The notes below the pieces were generated by a model, which ran no database searches, was not told the origin of the DNA, and was given only the letters and a program-made list of their open reading frames with translations. From Candidatus Spongiisociaceae bacterium (GTDB lineage: Bacteria; Actinomycetota; Acidimicrobiia; Spongiisociales; Spongiisociaceae): 64,000 bases of DNA. A program made the translations under genes and the position numbers. The stretch spans positions 2,816,001-2,880,000 of the forward strand of contig OZ253564.1 of assembly GCA_965262915.1 (NCBI GenBank), written 5' to 3'. How positions within the stretch are numbered: position 1 is the stretch's first letter; every line of letters starts with the position of its first letter. Below, one piece after another: positions 62,515 through 64,000 of this stretch.

Positions 62515-64000
62515 TTAGCTGTGCGTTCCCCTGCGGGTGGCGATGATGCGGGCTTTTTCTTTGGGGTCGGTGATGGAGATGGTGCTGACGGGGGTGCGAT
62601 GCCAGAAGGTTTCGGTTTTGTTCTTGTGGTCGTAGATGGGGTGGGCGGAGGGTCCGACGTTGATGCGGGTGAGGTCGTTGCCTCCGATTTTGTGGAAGAC
62701 CCAGGTGAGCAGGGAGAGGGCGTAGTCGCCGAGGCGGTGGTGGATGAGGTTCTGGAGGTGTTGGCCCCAGAGGTCGCGGTCGCCGATCAGGCCCCGTTTG
62801 GTGAAGGTGTTGTAGTCGTCTTCGAGGCCGTGGACGTTGCCGTTGTCGGCTACTCCGATGAGGAGGGTGCCCCCGTAGGGGGAGTTCGCGAAGCCGGCGA
62901 CGGTCTTGATAGCTGCGGTCTCGATGGTCTTGGATTTCTGCTGCTGTTTGATGTCCCACCGCAGAGTGGACTTGTATTCGAGGTAGAGGGACTCGCGGTC
63001 GGCGCCGAGCAGGTCACCGATGGGACAGGTTTGTTGGTGGGCGACGATGGCCTGTTTCTGTATCTTCGCCGCGTAGACCGCTGCCACCGCCTCCTGCATT
63101 TCTTTGCTGTCGAGGTAGGCGAAGACGACCTTTTGGTTGCGGTCGTGCCGTGACACCAGCGCCTTTTGGAACTGTCCGGCGAAGACATGATCACGAAACG
63201 TTTCTTCGTCGTTGCTGATCGCCTGGTTCCGGATCTCGTCGTCTTTGACAAGGTCTTGGGCGGCTGCTTCGAACACCAACTCGTCTTCTTCGGTCCAGTC
63301 AGTACCGAAACGTTCGTTGATACGAGCGATGATCTCCGACAGGCGCTCCTCTTCGGGGTCGGTCATCGGCCCTGTACCCGAGTAGATGGTCGTCACTTCG
63401 CCTTCGTCGTCGGGGAGCGGGATGGAACCTTCGAATATCTTCTCGTGGCGGAGGTGGGTGAGATCAACCTCGGAACCCAGGTCGATGCCGCCGTTGGGGT
63501 TCTGGTCGCGGATCAGCATGGCCAGGGCCCGGCAGTAGATGTAGTCACGTTCGAGGCCGGGATTGGCGAACTTGACGATCTGGGCCAAGAACCCGTACAC
63601 CCGCACGAAACGGGTGAGCGCATCGCGGAACACTGTCTGGTCCTCTTCGTCCAGGTTCCTGAAACGTTCGACAGCTGGCTGCATCGCCGCGTGGATCTGG
63701 TGGTGGTTGCCTTTCCCCAACAGGAGGCCGGCGGCCTGTTGCATCTCGCCGGGGTCCAGGATCTGGAAGCCGTTCAGCTCGTCGCGGGTGTCGAACAACA
63801 AGTTCGGGTCGGTGGGAGGTGCGACGGTTTTGCCGTGGTAAACCGCAAACGCGTCGCCGATGTCGTCGCTGTCGTTCACGAAGTCCAACACGAATGTGCC
63901 GTCCTTATCCGGATGGATCCGGTTCAGACGTGACAGGGTCTGCACCGCGGCGAGGCCGGTCAACGTCTTGTCAACGTACATGGCTACCAGCTTGGGCTGG
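62515..64000 (-). CDS. hsdR: Type I restriction enzyme R subunit (3' part) with a C-terminal AlbA_2/Schlafen-like domain
   Basis: QPKLVAMYVDK..AVQTLSRLNR, VLDFVN and LSEIIARINERFG; then ESLYLEYKST, GFANSPYGGTLLIGVADNG. Confidence 0.85.
   Translation of the reverse strand, partial: QPKLVAMYVDKTLTGLAAVQTLSRLNRIHPDKDGTFVLDFVNDSDDIGDAFAVYHGKTVAPPTDPNLLFDTRDELNGFQILDPGEMQQAAGLLLGKGNHHQIHAAMQPAVERFRNLDEEDQTVFRDALTRFVRVYGFLAQIVKFANPGLERDYIYCRALAMLIRDQNPNGGIDLGSEVDLTHLRHEKIFEGSIPLPDDEGEVTTIYSGTGPMTDPEEERLSEIIARINERFGTDWTEEDELVFEAAAQDLVKDDEIRNQAISNDEETFRDHVFAGQFQKALVSRHDRNQKVVFAYLDSKEMQEAVAAVYAAKIQKQAIVAHQQTCPIGDLLGADRESLYLEYKSTLRWDIKQQQKSKTIETAAIKTVAGFANSPYGGTLLIGVADNGNVHGLEDDYNTFTKRGLIGDRDLWGQHLQNLIHHRLGDYALSLLTWVFHKIGGNDLTRINVGPSAHPIYDHKNKTETFWHRTPVSTISITDPKEKARIIATRRGTHS

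Noticed and set aside
62077-63933. Long plus-strand ORFs 62077..63153 and 63166..63933
   Set aside because: Mostly antisense shadows of hsdR; the same applies to shadow ORFs over groEL, the helicase and the SLH amidase.

Overview
High-GC actinobacterial DNA; SLH proteins, an LCP protein and groES-groEL with CIRCE suggest Acidimicrobiia (inference). (1) 1-11.1 kb is a visibly lower-GC catabolic cluster: Zn-alcohol dehydrogenase, M20 peptidase, PotA/B/C-like ABC transporter, LLM oxidoreductase, amidase, acyl-CoA ligase and a split B12 acyl-CoA mutase whose small subunit has two in-frame TAGs. (2) 11.1-34 kb holds a truncated S41 protease/cadherin gene, IS1634 and a defence island (Lamassu/ABC-3C, GmrSD-like, DUF6361-PLD-helicase, HEPN protein) with IS and integrase debris. 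(3) 35-52 kb holds cell-envelope genes, an IS5-disrupted DprA-PRTase module, groESL, a recombinase module with lox-like palindromes, Fic and a KAP NTPase. (4) 52-64 kb holds small cassettes, two DUF3800-like genes around an HTH-nuclease-STAND protein, and an HsdR C-terminus fused to AlbA_2. The main unexplained structure is a family of seven 21-bp sites (CA[G/A]CGGA-N7-TCCG[C/T]TG) that mimic a tRNA-Leu anticodon stem-loop. One is still fused to a tRNA-Leu 3' half. Several share longer arms, and they delimit 0.6-2 kb gene cassettes in two facing arrays, suggesting an integron-like cassette-accretion system. All family calls come from motif recognition only; no searches were run.
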